From: Chlamydiota bacterium
GTDB lineage: Bacteria; Auribacterota; JACPWU01
Length of the DNA: 32,000 nucleotides
Direction: 5' to 3'
NCBI GenBank assembly: GCA_016196885.1
Contig: JACPWU010000012.1
Coordinates: forward strand, 19,041-51,040
A program made the translations under genes and the position numbers. The notes beneath the pieces were generated by a model that was not told the DNA's origin, did no database searches, and saw nothing but the letters and a program-made list of their open reading frames with translations. Positions 17,210 through 27,032 of this stretch are shown here, piece after piece (within the stretch, counting starts at the first letter, position 1; each line of letters opens with the position of its first letter).

Positions 17210-18016
17210 ATGTCTTATTCTTTCCAGGTAAGAATGCGGGATTTTGGACGTCTTGAAGAGGTGGAAAATTCTCTTGGGGCCGTCCAACATGGAGAGCTTT
17301 TTATTTTGAGAACGCAGTACGGCTTAGATTATGGGAAAGGTGTTTCTCTCTCCAGAAAGGAGGCTTCTCAGGATCACGAATATCATCCCCGCCCCGTGAT
17401 GGTGCGTCAGGCAACACCCAGCGACATGGAGAAGATTGAACAAAATCGTCGGGACCTTAAATCTTCATTGCAAATTTGCCGCGATCAAGTTTATGCTCAT
17501 CATCTTCCGATGAAGGTGCTGACGGGAGAGTACAGTTTAGAGCGTCAGAAAATGGTGTTTTATTTCACATCGCCGGGGAGGGTCGATTTTCGAGAGTTGG
17601 TCCGGGCCTTGGCCGCCTCCTTTAAAACACGCATAGAGCTTTATCAGTTGGGCCCTCGCGATGGTGCAAAAGTGGTGGGTGGAATTGCGCCTTGCGGAAA
17701 GACGCAATTATGCTGCACCCAATTCATGCGCAGTTTCGAGGCTATCACGACTCGCATGGCCAAGGTGCAGAGGCTTCCAGTTCGTCAGGAAAAACTTTTG
17801 GGATTGTGCGGACAATTGAAATGCTGTTTGAAATTCGAATTGGATGCGTATGCAGCATTTTCGAAGGATCTTCCTAAGGAAGGTGCGAAGGTTTCGACGC
17901 AATTTGGGAAAGGATATATTTTGGTTCAAAATATTTTAAAAAAATCAGTGACCGTTCGTTTAGAAGATGATCGCGAGGTTCATGTGTCGGTGGATGAACT
18001 GACGGTTTTAAGGTGA
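17210..18016 (+). CDS. ricT: PSP1 domain protein (YaaT/RicT-like)
   Basis: The Cys-rich C-terminal half (CGKTQLCCTQF...CGQLKCCLKFE) is typical of PSP1/YaaT proteins. The position directly after holB matches Bacillus. Confidence 0.8.
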   Translation: MSYSFQVRMRDFGRLEEVENSLGAVQHGELFILRTQYGLDYGKGVSLSRKEASQDHEYHPRPVMVRQATPSDMEKIEQNRRDLKSSLQICRDQVYAHHLPMKVLTGEYSLERQKMVFYFTSPGRVDFRELVRALAASFKTRIELYQLGPRDGAKVVGGIAPCGKTQLCCTQFMRSFEAITTRMAKVQRLPVRQEKLLGLCGQLKCCLKFELDAYAAFSKDLPKEGAKVSTQFGKGYILVQNILKKSVTVRLEDDREVHVSVDELTVLR

Positions 18017-18020
18017 GAGG

Positions 18021-19568
18021 ATGAAAGATTCTAGAAATTATTTTATCACAACTGCGATTGATTACGTCAATGCCCTTCCGCATTTGGGGACGGCCTATGA
18101 GAAAATTGGGGCGGATGTCATGGCGCGTTTCCGTCGTTTAGAGGGCCGCAACGTTTTTTTCTTGATGGGCGTGGATGAGCACAGTCTGAATGTAGAGAAA
18201 GAGGCGAGGAAGAGAAATATTCCGGTAGAGAATTATTGCGATGAATTGGCTCTAAAATTCCAAGAGGTGTGGAGGACTTTAAATATTTCTTACGATTATT
18301 TTGTCCGTACCTCTGGAGCCGATCATGTTCGTTCTGTGCAGCACATTTTTCAGGCCATTTATCAAAAAGGGGATATTTATCTGGGGAATTATGAAGGCTG
18401 GTATTGCAATTCCTGCGAGGCGTTTTTGAAGGACAAGGATTTGGTGGAGGGGCTTTGTTCCACGCATCGTCTTAAACCTGAATGGATTGAGGAAAAGAAT
18501 TATTTCTTTGCCTTGTCCCGTTATCAAGAAGGATTGAAAAGGCTTTTGGGGGGGACGCAGGATTTTATTCTTCCTAAAATTCGTCACAATGAAATCATCC
18601 GTGTAGTGGAGGGAGGCCTTGAAGACATCAGTGTTTCCAGGTCGGGGGTCTCTTGGGGAATTCCGCTTCCCTTTCAGAAGGATCAGGTGGTTTATGTCTG
18701 GTTTGATGCCTTGATTAATTACATTTCAGCTCTTGGGTATCCCCATGATTTGGATCGCTTTCATCAGTGGTGGCCAGCGGATGTGCATGTGATTGGAAAA
18801 GACATCACACGATTCCACTGTGTGATATGGCCTGCCATGCTCATGAGTTTGGGGCTTGAATTGCCACGCGGCGTTTTTGGCCATGGCTTTGTCTATTTGA
18901 AGGGCGAAAAAATGAGCAAGACGACTGGGACTTTGATTGGGCCCGTGGAGGCGTCTGAAAGATATGGAGCGGATGCCCTTCGCTATTTTCTCATGAGAGA
19001 GGTTCCCTTTGATCGCGATGGGGACTTCAGTTGGGACGCCTTCGACATGCGTTATCAAGCAGACTTGGCCAATGATTTGGGCAATCTCATTCAAAGAACG
19101 CTTTCGATGATTCAAAGATATTTTGAGGGTGTGATCCCCAAGGCCTCCTCTTTGGAAGAGATCGATAAAAAATTGATCCATTTTGCAAAAGACAATTTTG
19201 ATCAATATTTGGAGGCGATGGAGTCTTTTGGTTTGAGTGAGGCGCTTGTTTTTCTTTGGAGTTTGATTCAAAAGGCCAATGGTTATATTGGTGAAACGGC
19301 TCCATGGGCCTTGGCCAAGGACCCTTCGTTAAGAAATCGTCTGGGCACGGTGCTTTACACCATTGCCGAATGCATTGCACGGTTGTCTCTTTTGTTGGCC
19401 CCCTTTATGCCCCAGACAACTCAAAAAATAAGGCTGCAATTGGGATTGGGAGAGGAAGGCAGTCTTTTCTCTCATTTTTCTTCTTTAGAAAATTGGGGTG
19501 AGCTTCCGGCAGGATTGAAATTAGGGCCGTTGCAACCTTTGTTTCCTAGAGAGCAATCAAAGTCATAA
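18021..19568 (+). CDS. metG: Methionine--tRNA ligase (short form without the C-terminal tRNA-binding domain)
   Basis: ALPHLGTAYE (HIGH region), KMSKTTG, a CNSC zinc knuckle, and length 515 aa. Confidence 0.95.
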   Translation: MKDSRNYFITTAIDYVNALPHLGTAYEKIGADVMARFRRLEGRNVFFLMGVDEHSLNVEKEARKRNIPVENYCDELALKFQEVWRTLNISYDYFVRTSGADHVRSVQHIFQAIYQKGDIYLGNYEGWYCNSCEAFLKDKDLVEGLCSTHRLKPEWIEEKNYFFALSRYQEGLKRLLGGTQDFILPKIRHNEIIRVVEGGLEDISVSRSGVSWGIPLPFQKDQVVYVWFDALINYISALGYPHDLDRFHQWWPADVHVIGKDITRFHCVIWPAMLMSLGLELPRGVFGHGFVYLKGEKMSKTTGTLIGPVEASERYGADALRYFLMREVPFDRDGDFSWDAFDMRYQADLANDLGNLIQRTLSMIQRYFEGVIPKASSLEEIDKKLIHFAKDNFDQYLEAMESFGLSEALVFLWSLIQKANGYIGETAPWALAKDPSLRNRLGTVLYTIAECIARLSLLLAPFMPQTTQKIRLQLGLGEEGSLFSHFSSLENWGELPAGLKLGPLQPLFPREQSKS

Positions 19569-19582
19569 GATGAATCTTTCAT

Positions 19583-19601
19583 TAAATCCAAAATCTAAAA
19601 T
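19583..19601 (+). repeat. 19-mer taaatccaaaatctaaaat, copy in the metG-tatD spacer
   Basis: It matches the reverse complement of 23202-23220 exactly and matches 23609-23634 partially. Confidence 0.7.
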
Positions 19602-19615
19602 CCAAGATCTAAAAT

Positions 19616-20377
19616 ATGATCGACACCCACGTCCACTTAAATGATCCAGCCTTTGATGAAGACCGTGCCCTTGCAATCGAACGGGCGTGGTCCAGTGGAC
19701 TCAAGATTTTAATGGATGTCACGGAGGACTTGACCTCTTTTGAAAAATCTCTGAAGCTTTTTGAAAAAGAAAAAAATATCTGGAGTGCGATTGGATTTCA
19801 TCCTCATCAGGCCCGGGTTTTAAATGAGGACGATTTAAAATCTTATGGGAAGTGGATGACGCATCCCAAAGTGGTGGCCGTGGGAGAAATTGGGCTGGAT
19901 TATTATTATGAACATCGTCCTCGAGATCTTCAGAAAAAAGCCTTTGAGCCCATGTTAAATTTAGCTGTAAAAAATAATTTGCCGGTGCTCATTCATACGC
20001 GTGACTCAGAAGATGACGTATTGGCCATGCTGAAACAATTTCCAGGAATCATGGGATTGATTCATTGTTATACGGGGAGTTTAGAGTCTGCAAAGGCTTT
20101 TTTAGATTTAGGATTTTATATTTCGTTTTCTGGAATTGTCACCTTTAAGAAGGCGCATGATTTAAGAGCCGTTGTGAAAGAAATTCCATTGAATCGCATT
20201 TTGGTGGAGACGGACGCGCCTTATTTGGCTCCTGAGCCCCTTCGTGGGAAAAGGAATGAACCTGCGTTTGTAATGCGCACGGCTGAGGAGATGGCTAAGG
20301 TTCGCGGGATAGACGTAGAGGTGTTTCACAACACGGTGATGAAAAATGCGGTTGACCTTTTTAAGAGGATGCAATGA
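19616..20377 (+). CDS. tatD: TatD family metal-dependent hydrolase/DNase
   Basis: MIDTHVHL, GEIGLDYYY and ETDAPYL motifs, and a position after metG. Confidence 0.9.
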   Translation: MIDTHVHLNDPAFDEDRALAIERAWSSGLKILMDVTEDLTSFEKSLKLFEKEKNIWSAIGFHPHQARVLNEDDLKSYGKWMTHPKVVAVGEIGLDYYYEHRPRDLQKKAFEPMLNLAVKNNLPVLIHTRDSEDDVLAMLKQFPGIMGLIHCYTGSLESAKAFLDLGFYISFSGIVTFKKAHDLRAVVKEIPLNRILVETDAPYLAPEPLRGKRNEPAFVMRTAEEMAKVRGIDVEVFHNTVMKNAVDLFKRMQ

Positions 20378-21309
20378 ATTATTTTTTAGGCGTTGACATG
20401 GGAGGGACGAACCTTCGGTTTGGTCTTGTGGATGAAAAGGGAAAAATCCATGGATCGAGTTGCGTTTCGACGGAGGCGGGAACTTCTCGAAAAGAGATTC
20501 TGAAAAAAATGGAGCAAGGGATTCGGGCTCTTTTAGAAGAAGAGAGAAAGCTTAAAGTCGCTGTTAAGGCCGTGGGAGTGGGGGTTCCCGGCTGTGTAGA
20601 TTTTGACAGGGGATTTATTCATACCTTGGTCAATATCCCTGGTTGGGATGATGTTCCTTTGGCGAATATTCTTCAAGAGGCTTTTCATCTTCCCGTTTTT
20701 GTGGATAATGATGTAAATGTGATGGCGTTGGGAGAGCTTGTGTTTGGGGCGGCCCAGGGGGCCAAGAATGTCATTTGCATCACATTGGGAACAGGCGTGG
20801 GTGGCGGAATCATTGTTGAAGGAAAGCTTTATCGAGGTTCTAGTTTCACGGCTGGTGAAATAGGTCACAGCATTATTCATGTGGATGGACTTGCCTGCAA
20901 TTGCGGGGGTCGGGGATGCCTCGAGCGTTATGTGGGAAACCGCTATTTGGTTGAGAGGGCCTTAGAAAAATATCGAGTTGATTCCAAAAGAAAAATACCT
21001 GATCCTTTGACACCTGAGATTCTGGCTGCCTGGGCTCAGGAGGGGGAGAAGGTCGCTCTTCAGCTTTGGAAAGATATGGCGAAAGATCTTGGGATGGTTC
21101 TCGCCAGCCTTGTGAACTTTTTTAATCCAGATCTGATGGTGATCGGAGGAGGGGTTGCTCAGGCGGGGAAAGTTTTGTTCGAACCCTTGGAAAATTTTGT
21201 TCGTGAAAGAAGCATGAAAGTGCCAGGGGCTTGTGTTCGCATTGTGAGGGCAAAATTGGGCCAGGACGCAGGGGTGATCGGTGCGGCTGCTTTGGCGATG
21301 GGAAAATAG
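20374..21309 (+). CDS. ROK family glucokinase / sugar kinase
   Basis: GVDMGGTN, GTGVGGG and the ROK zinc motif CNCGGRGCLE. It overlaps tatD as ATGA. Confidence 0.85.
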   Translation: MNYFLGVDMGGTNLRFGLVDEKGKIHGSSCVSTEAGTSRKEILKKMEQGIRALLEEERKLKVAVKAVGVGVPGCVDFDRGFIHTLVNIPGWDDVPLANILQEAFHLPVFVDNDVNVMALGELVFGAAQGAKNVICITLGTGVGGGIIVEGKLYRGSSFTAGEIGHSIIHVDGLACNCGGRGCLERYVGNRYLVERALEKYRVDSKRKIPDPLTPEILAAWAQEGEKVALQLWKDMAKDLGMVLASLVNFFNPDLMVIGGGVAQAGKVLFEPLENFVRERSMKVPGACVRIVRAKLGQDAGVIGAAALAMGK

Positions 21310-21314
21310 GATCG

Positions 21315-21494
21315 TGTATTTAAAAGTGTGTCCTTTTAAGAGGAGGCGGGTCCTGTCCCTCCTCACCCCCGCTGACGGCATCGGTCTCGGTTTGGTTCTT
21401 GAAGAGTCATTTTCAAGTCTCGACCTGCTGGCGATTAGCGGGGGACCCCCAGTCGGGCCACCCGCATCAATAAAAGGACACACTTTTAAATACA
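21315..21494. ncRNA. Unassigned 180-nt element: a perfect 24-bp AT-rich closing stem around a GC-rich, internally paired core (candidate structured RNA or a MITE)
   Basis: 21315-21338 is the exact reverse complement of 21471-21494. The inner stems are 21340-46/21358-64, 21366-73/21437-44 and 21398-403/21412-17. The ORFs crossing it on both strands look spurious. Confidence 0.3.
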
Positions 21495-21547
21495 GCATCG
21501 AAAATAGTCATCTGTCGTGAGTCGTGAGTTTAAAAGGAGAATACCGT

Positions 21548-22192
21548 ATGAAGTTTTTTTTAGACACAGCTGATGTCAAAGAGATTCGTGAAGGTTGGAA
21601 TATGGGATTGGTGGATGGGGTGACCACAAATCCCAGTTTGGTAGCCAAAACGGGAAGAAAATTTAAAGAAGTTTTAGAAGAAATTTGTTCCTTTCTAAGT
21701 GGGCCTGTCAGTGCAGAGGTGGTAGGCATTGAAGCGGAAGGAATGGTAAAGGAAGGAAGAGAATTGGCCAAGATTCATAAAAACATTGTGGTCAAGATTC
21801 CTTTATTAAAGGAAGGTTTGAAGGCCGTGCGGATTCTCACTCAAGAAAATATTCGAACGAATGTGACCCTTTGTTTCTCGTCCAATCAGGCCTTACTGGC
21901 TGCAAAGGCTGGGGCCACCTACATCAGTCCTTTTATCGGAAGATTAGACGATCAAGGGCAAGTGGGGATGGATCTCATTCGAGACATTAAGACTATTTAT
22001 TCCAATTATGGCTTTAAAACGGAAATTTTAGTGGCCAGTATTCGTCATCCTATTCATATTTTAGAGGCGGCGAAAATAGGCGCAGATGTAGCGACCATGC
22101 CTTTTGAAGTACTGGACAAATTGCTCAAGCATCCTTTGACAGATATTGGACTTAAGAAGTTTTTAGATGATTGGAAAAAGGTGCCCGGATAA
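21548..22192 (+). CDS. tal: Transaldolase (short type 3B) / fructose-6-phosphate aldolase family
   Basis: [19 protein letters not shown], and about 214 aa. An AAGGAGA Shine-Dalgarno motif lies 7 nt before ATG 21548. The ORF-track start at 21524 falls inside a repeat. Confidence 0.9.
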   Translation: MKFFLDTADVKEIREGWNMGLVDGVTTNPSLVAKTGRKFKEVLEEICSFLSGPVSAEVVGIEAEGMVKEGRELAKIHKNIVVKIPLLKEGLKAVRILTQENIRTNVTLCFSSNQALLAAKAGATYISPFIGRLDDQGQVGMDLIRDIKTIYSNYGFKTEILVASIRHPIHILEAAKIGADVATMPFEVLDKLLKHPLTDIGLKKFLDDWKKVPG

Positions 22193-22218
22193 AAGCAATT
22201 TTTTTGAGAGGTTAACAC

Positions 22219-23166
22219 ATGCGAATTTTAGTCACGGGTGGCGCCGGTTTTATTGGTTCTCATTTGATTGGGGAGCTGCTTAAGGAAAATCACTCTGTGG
22301 TTTGTGTGGATAATTTTGATCCTTTCTATGATGTCGAAATCAAGAAAGAGAATCTTAAACTTCATTCCCATCATCCTCATTTTACATTTATTGAGGCAGA
22401 CATTAGAAAAAGGGAGGAGCTATCGCCCGTTTTTAGGGCTCACGATTTTGATGCGTGCATTCATTTGGCCGCCAAGGCAGGGGTGAGGCCTTCCATTCAG
22501 GACCCGGTGGGTTATTATGAAGTCAATGTGGATGGAACGCTCCATCTTTTAGAAGAGGCCTGTTCGCATCAGTTGAATCATTTTATTTTTGGCTCCTCCT
22601 CATCGGTTTATGGAGAGCGCAATCAAACGCCCTTTTCAGAAGAGGATGCCCTTCTCTCGCCCATTTCTCCTTACGCGGCAACGAAGATTGCAGGTGAGTC
22701 GCTCTGTCATGTGTACCATAAGCTTTATGGAATCGGGATGACGCTCTTAAGGTTTTTTACCGTGTATGGTCCTCGTCAGCGCCCTGAAATGGCCATTCAT
22801 AAATTCACGCGCGAGATTTTTGAAGGGCAGGAGTTGACCTTATATGGGGATGGTTCGTCTCAAAGGGATTACACCTATGTGACGGATATTGTTCAGGGAA
22901 TTTTGGCTTGCCTCAGGGGAAGAGGGTCTTTCGAAATTTTTAATCTGGGAGATTCAAAGTCGATAGCCTTAATTAAATTGATTGGTTTGATTGAAGAGGG
23001 TTTGGGGCGCAAGGCGAAGATTAAAAAAATGAAAAACCAGCCAGGCGATGTTCCCATCACGTGTGCCAATATTTCTAAGGCGAGGAAATTTTTAGATTAC
23101 AAACCGCATGTTCCCATTGAAGAAGGGATCCAGCGATTTTGCAAGTGGTTTTTAGAAAACCATTGA
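22219..23166 (+). CDS. NAD-dependent nucleotide-sugar epimerase (UDP-glucuronate/UDP-glucose 4-epimerase-like SDR)
   Basis: The Rossmann motif VTGGAGFIGSHL, the catalytic YAATK, and length 315 aa. ugd lies nearby. Confidence 0.87.
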   Translation: MRILVTGGAGFIGSHLIGELLKENHSVVCVDNFDPFYDVEIKKENLKLHSHHPHFTFIEADIRKREELSPVFRAHDFDACIHLAAKAGVRPSIQDPVGYYEVNVDGTLHLLEEACSHQLNHFIFGSSSSVYGERNQTPFSEEDALLSPISPYAATKIAGESLCHVYHKLYGIGMTLLRFFTVYGPRQRPEMAIHKFTREIFEGQELTLYGDGSSQRDYTYVTDIVQGILACLRGRGSFEIFNLGDSKSIALIKLIGLIEEGLGRKAKIKKMKNQPGDVPITCANISKARKFLDYKPHVPIEEGIQRFCKWFLENH

Positions 23167-23201
23167 TGCTGTTTTTTAATTTGTGATAGCATACGGCTTC
23201 A

Positions 23202-23220
23202 ATTTTAGATTTTGGATTTA
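23202..23220 (-). repeat. 19-mer taaatccaaaatctaaaat (inverted copy), left boundary of the repeat nest
   Basis: It is the exact reverse complement of 19583-19601. Together with 23609-23634 it forms a long-range inverted repeat. Confidence 0.7.
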
Positions 23221-23291
23221 GTGAATTATTTTCTTGTTATGAAACATTCATGCCGACTGAGGTCGGCACAAAGGGGGATGAAAATCACCCT

Positions 23292-23365
23292 TGTAGTCGT
23301 CCCATTTATGGGGCGGTCTATGACATTGGGGCATTGGGCATTGCCCGATAAATCGGGCGACTACA
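23292..23365. repeat. REP-like double-hairpin element, copy 3 (30-nt spacer)
   Basis: Sequence is tgtagtcg-tcccatttatgggg-[cggtctatgacattggggcattgggcattg]-cccgataaatcggg-cgactaca. Confidence 0.8.
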
Positions 23366-23420
23366 AGCTATCATGAGTCATTGTATAATGAATGACTAAA
23401 GACTATTTTCAGGTGAAAGT

Positions 23421-23528
23421 GGATGATGGATCATGGATCATGGATCATGGATGTTGGATTTCTCTCTCTCGTTCAAGCTTGTGTAGTCGCCCGATTCATC
23501 GGGCAGCCCCACAAATGGGGCGACTACA
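23421..23528. repeat. Composite repeat: GGATNNT heptamer tract (23421-23455), conserved 26-nt flank (23456-23481) and a compact REP-like double hairpin (23482-23528)
   Basis: The heptamers are ggatgat ggatcat ggatcat ggatcat ggatgtt. Then comes ggatttctctctctcgttcaagcttg. The core is tgtagtcg-cccgattcatcggg-cag-ccccacaaatgggg-cgactaca. Confidence 0.85.
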
Positions 23529-23608
23529 AAATAAGGGAGGCGAGGTGAGGTAGAGGGGGGCGGGGCTTTCATTGCACACGATGACCCCGAAAAGGGTCAT
23601 TGAAATTA

Positions 23609-23634
23609 AATCCAAAATTTGCAATCTAAAATCT
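23609..23634 (+). repeat. Interrupted copy of the taaatccaaaat...tctaaaat motif, right boundary of the repeat nest
   Basis: The sequence taaatccaaaat-ttgcaa-tctaaaat is inverted relative to 23202-23220. Confidence 0.6.
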
Positions 23635-23659
23635 AAAGTTTTTTGTCTGTGGGGGAATT

Positions 23660-25729
23660 TTGAAAAGAAATATTGCCTTTCTTCTTTTTATCTTTGGTCT
23701 TTTATCTTTTTCTTCCCATGCCTTCGCCCAGGATTTGCCGATCGAGGTGAATGCAGATTCTCTGGACTATGATCGTGAAGAGGGAATTGCGACGGGGATA
23801 GGTCATGTGGTGGTCACCTACCAAGACACCACGCTTCTGGCCGACAAAGGCTTTGTGAATCTCAAGACCAAAGAGGCCCATGCCGAAGGTCATGTCCAGA
23901 TTATTCAAAAAGACAGGCGCTTGGTGGGAGACGCCCTGGATTACAACTTTGGGACAGGGTATGGAGAATTTAAAAATGCAAGCTCGTATTATGCCCCTTG
24001 GTACGCCAAGGGTGAAAAAGTCATTCGTTATTCTAAAACAAAATATGAAATCCAAAAGGGTTATATTACAACCTGTGATTATCCAAATCCCCATTATCGC
24101 TTAAGGGCTCGGCGGGTAGACATTTATCCTGGAAACAAACTGGTAGCCCATCATGTTTTTTTCGTTGTGGGCAAAGTCCCGATTTTTTGGCTTCCTTATT
24201 ATGTGCATTCCCTGAAAAAGTCTCCTTGGACTTTTATTCCAGGTTACTCCAAAAGATGGGGCGCTTTTTTCTTGAGCAGTTTCAATTGGTTGGATACCCA
24301 ATATGTGGATAGCGATGTACGCCTTGATTATCGCTTTCGTCGGGGGTTGGGTGTCGGAGTGGATGCTCAATATCTTGTGAAAAACGAAGGAGGAGGGGAT
24401 TTAAAGACTTATTACATTCATGATCGACGTTATAAGTCTTCTTCAGATGGTTCAGTGAGGGAAAGAGATCGCTACCGTGTTAGTTTGAATCACTATCAGT
24501 CATGGAAGTATGATACGACCCTTCGCGGGCAATTTCACAAGTTGAGTGACGAAGACGTCCTTCTAGATTTTTTTCATCGCGATTCAGATTATTCTGTAAA
24601 ACCTCCTACCTTCTTTGATATTACAAAATATGACTCGAAATATACCGCTCGTCTTTTTGTTCAGAAGCGCGTGAATAATTTCTTCACGGAAGTGGAACGT
24701 CTTCCGGAAGCCTCCCTGGAATTTCGTCGCCAGAGAATTATGAAAACACCTTTCTATTACACGTCTCTGAGCTCTGCCTCAAATCTCTCGAAGAAATTTG
24801 CGGATGCGGATGGTTCGTTGTCAGAAATTCCCAATGGGGATACGACCTTGATTGGGACTTCTCAAGATGCCATGCGCTTTGATACCTATGATGAGATATC
24901 CTATCCCAAAAAGTTTTTTGGCTGGGTGGAGACCAACACCTGGTTTGGTGTTCGTCAGACGTGGTACAGCCGTGATTTGATTCAGTCCGACTCTTTATGG
25001 AGAGGGTCTTTCTCAGAGGGTGTGGAAGTTGGAACCAAGATTCATAAGATTTATGGATATGAAAATCCCAAGTGGGATATTCACGATCTTAGGCATGTGA
25101 TTGAACCCCGTGTGAAATATACCTATATCAAGGATCCGACTGTGGCTGCCGACCCTTTAATCCAGTTTGATCAGGTCGATGCGCTCACAGGGCAAAATAC
25201 GATTCGACCTTCGATTCGCAACAAATTACAAACGAAGAGAAATAATCAGGTTTGGGACTTAATAGATTATTTGATATACATTGATTATTTTGTGACGCGC
25301 GACCCGGGCCAAAAACTTTTTTCGGATATTTTTGGGGACTTAGAATTAAGGCCTCTGCATCATTTTAGCCTTGATCTGGATTATGGCTATAATCATTATG
25401 AAAATCGTTTCTCAAGTTTCAATATTGATATTGCGACTTTTCGAGAAGGTTATTGGCGGGCAGTGACGGGGGTACGATTCCTGGATCACGAAAGTGCTCA
25501 ATGGACTTGGGGATTGGATTTTAGACTCAATTCGGATTGGGCCTTTAAGGCCTATCACCGCTGGGAATTTGAGATGACAGAACTTCAAGATCAAGAGTAT
25601 ACGATCTCTCGGGATTTACATTGCTGGCAAACGGCTTTTACTTTTCGAAAGACGGGTGAAGATATTCAATTCTGGATCACCTTTTGGTTAACGAGCTATC
25701 CGGATTTACATATCAACGTAGGGGATTAA
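23660..25729 (+). CDS. lptD: LPS-assembly outer-membrane protein LptD (OstA family)
   Basis: A TTG start, a signal peptide (FLLFIFGLLSFSSHAFA), an OstA-like N-terminal domain (IEVNADSLDYDREEGIATGIGHVVVTYQD) and a long, aromatic-rich beta-barrel-like C-terminus. Confidence 0.85.
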   Translation: MKRNIAFLLFIFGLLSFSSHAFAQDLPIEVNADSLDYDREEGIATGIGHVVVTYQDTTLLADKGFVNLKTKEAHAEGHVQIIQKDRRLVGDALDYNFGTGYGEFKNASSYYAPWYAKGEKVIRYSKTKYEIQKGYITTCDYPNPHYRLRARRVDIYPGNKLVAHHVFFVVGKVPIFWLPYYVHSLKKSPWTFIPGYSKRWGAFFLSSFNWLDTQYVDSDVRLDYRFRRGLGVGVDAQYLVKNEGGGDLKTYYIHDRRYKSSSDGSVRERDRYRVSLNHYQSWKYDTTLRGQFHKLSDEDVLLDFFHRDSDYSVKPPTFFDITKYDSKYTARLFVQKRVNNFFTEVERLPEASLEFRRQRIMKTPFYYTSLSSASNLSKKFADADGSLSEIPNGDTTLIGTSQDAMRFDTYDEISYPKKFFGWVETNTWFGVRQTWYSRDLIQSDSLWRGSFSEGVEVGTKIHKIYGYENPKWDIHDLRHVIEPRVKYTYIKDPTVAADPLIQFDQVDALTGQNTIRPSIRNKLQTKRNNQVWDLIDYLIYIDYFVTRDPGQKLFSDIFGDLELRPLHHFSLDLDYGYNHYENRFSSFNIDIATFREGYWRAVTGVRFLDHESAQWTWGLDFRLNSDWAFKAYHRWEFEMTELQDQEYTISRDLHCWQTAFTFRKTGEDIQFWITFWLTSYPDLHINVGD

Positions 25730-25733
25730 AAAG

Positions 25734-27026
25734 ATGAAAGTAGCAGTGGTTGGTACAGGATATGTGGGGCTTATCACGGGAACTTGTCTAGCTGATTTGG
25801 GCCATCATGTGATTTGCATTGACAACGATCGCAGTAAAATTTCTCTTTTGAAAAAAGGGAAAATCCCGATTTATGAGCCGGATCTTGAACCTCTCCTTAA
25901 GAAAAATGTCAAAGCCGGCCGTCTTCATTTTTCAAACCGCATTCAAGAAGGTGTTGAAAAATCCCAGGTGATTTTCATTGCGGTGAACACGCCTCCCATG
26001 GCCAGTGGCGAGGCGGACTTAAGTTATGTGGCCTATGTGGCTCGCGAGATTGCAGAACATTTGAAGAGCTATCGGGTGATCGTGGACAAGAGCACCGTTC
26101 CGGTGAAGACGGGCCATAAAGTCAGCGAGACCATTCAGCGGTATTGCAAGAAAGGCGTGGAGTTTGACATTGTCTCTAACCCTGAATTTTTACGAGAGGG
26201 CTCTGCAGTTCAGGATATGTTTCATCCAGACCGCATTGTGGTGGGTGTCTCTAACCCTCGGGCCGCTCAGATCATGCGACAGCTTTATGAGCCCATTAAA
26301 ACAAAATTTATTGTCACAGATGTCTCTTCTGCTGAATTGATCAAGCATGCCAGCAATTCCTTTTTGGCCATGAAAATTTCTTTTGCGAACGCCCTGGCCA
26401 ATATTTGCGAATTGAGCGGGGCCGATGTTGAACAGGTGGTCTATGGGATGGGCATGGATCATCGGGTGGGAGCCCATTTTCTAAAGGCAGGGATTGGGTA
26501 TGGGGGCTCTTGTTTTCCCAAAGATGTGTCGGCTTTTATCAAAATTTCAGAAGACCTAGGCTATCCTTTTCACCTTTTAGAGGCGGTTGAAGAAATCAAT
26601 GAGGATCAGAAGGCTCGCTTTGTTAAAAAGGTGAAAGATGTTTTGTGGGTATGTAAAGGGAAAACGATCGGAGTTTTGGGTCTGAGTTTCAAGCCCAATA
26701 CCGATGACATGCGTAACGCCCCGTCCCTCTCTATTATTCATGAACTTTTGAAAGAGGGGGCAAAAATCAAGGCCTACGATCCTCAAGCCATGGATAAGAC
26801 GAAAAATTTGCTCAAGAAAATTCAGTTCTGCCGTGATCCTTACCAAGTCGCCAAAGGCTCGGATGCCCTTCTCATCTTGACCGAATGGGAGGAGTTCAAA
26901 AAAATAAATTATAAAAAAATCAGAGAGATCATGACCACCCCCATTGTTGTAGACGGACGCAATTTACTTCATTCTCAAGAGATGAATGAAATGGGATTTG
27001 TCTATAAGAGTGTGGGAAGATCGTAA
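25734..27026 (+). CDS. ugd: UDP-glucose 6-dehydrogenase
   Basis: VVGTGYVGL (Rossmann motif), the catalytic GGSCFPKD, and length 430 aa. Confidence 0.93.
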   Translation: MKVAVVGTGYVGLITGTCLADLGHHVICIDNDRSKISLLKKGKIPIYEPDLEPLLKKNVKAGRLHFSNRIQEGVEKSQVIFIAVNTPPMASGEADLSYVAYVAREIAEHLKSYRVIVDKSTVPVKTGHKVSETIQRYCKKGVEFDIVSNPEFLREGSAVQDMFHPDRIVVGVSNPRAAQIMRQLYEPIKTKFIVTDVSSAELIKHASNSFLAMKISFANALANICELSGADVEQVVYGMGMDHRVGAHFLKAGIGYGGSCFPKDVSAFIKISEDLGYPFHLLEAVEEINEDQKARFVKKVKDVLWVCKGKTIGVLGLSFKPNTDDMRNAPSLSIIHELLKEGAKIKAYDPQAMDKTKNLLKKIQFCRDPYQVAKGSDALLILTEWEEFKKINYKKIREIMTTPIVVDGRNLLHSQEMNEMGFVYKSVGRS

Positions 27027-27032
27027 AAACAA

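Noticed and set aside
20962-21520. ORFs of 178 aa (minus strand) and 79 aa (plus strand) crossing the glk-tal spacer
   Set aside because: Both are opened by the palindromic 21315-21494 element and mirror each other (KGHTFKY on both strands). The minus-strand one is also antisense to the well-supported ROK kinase.
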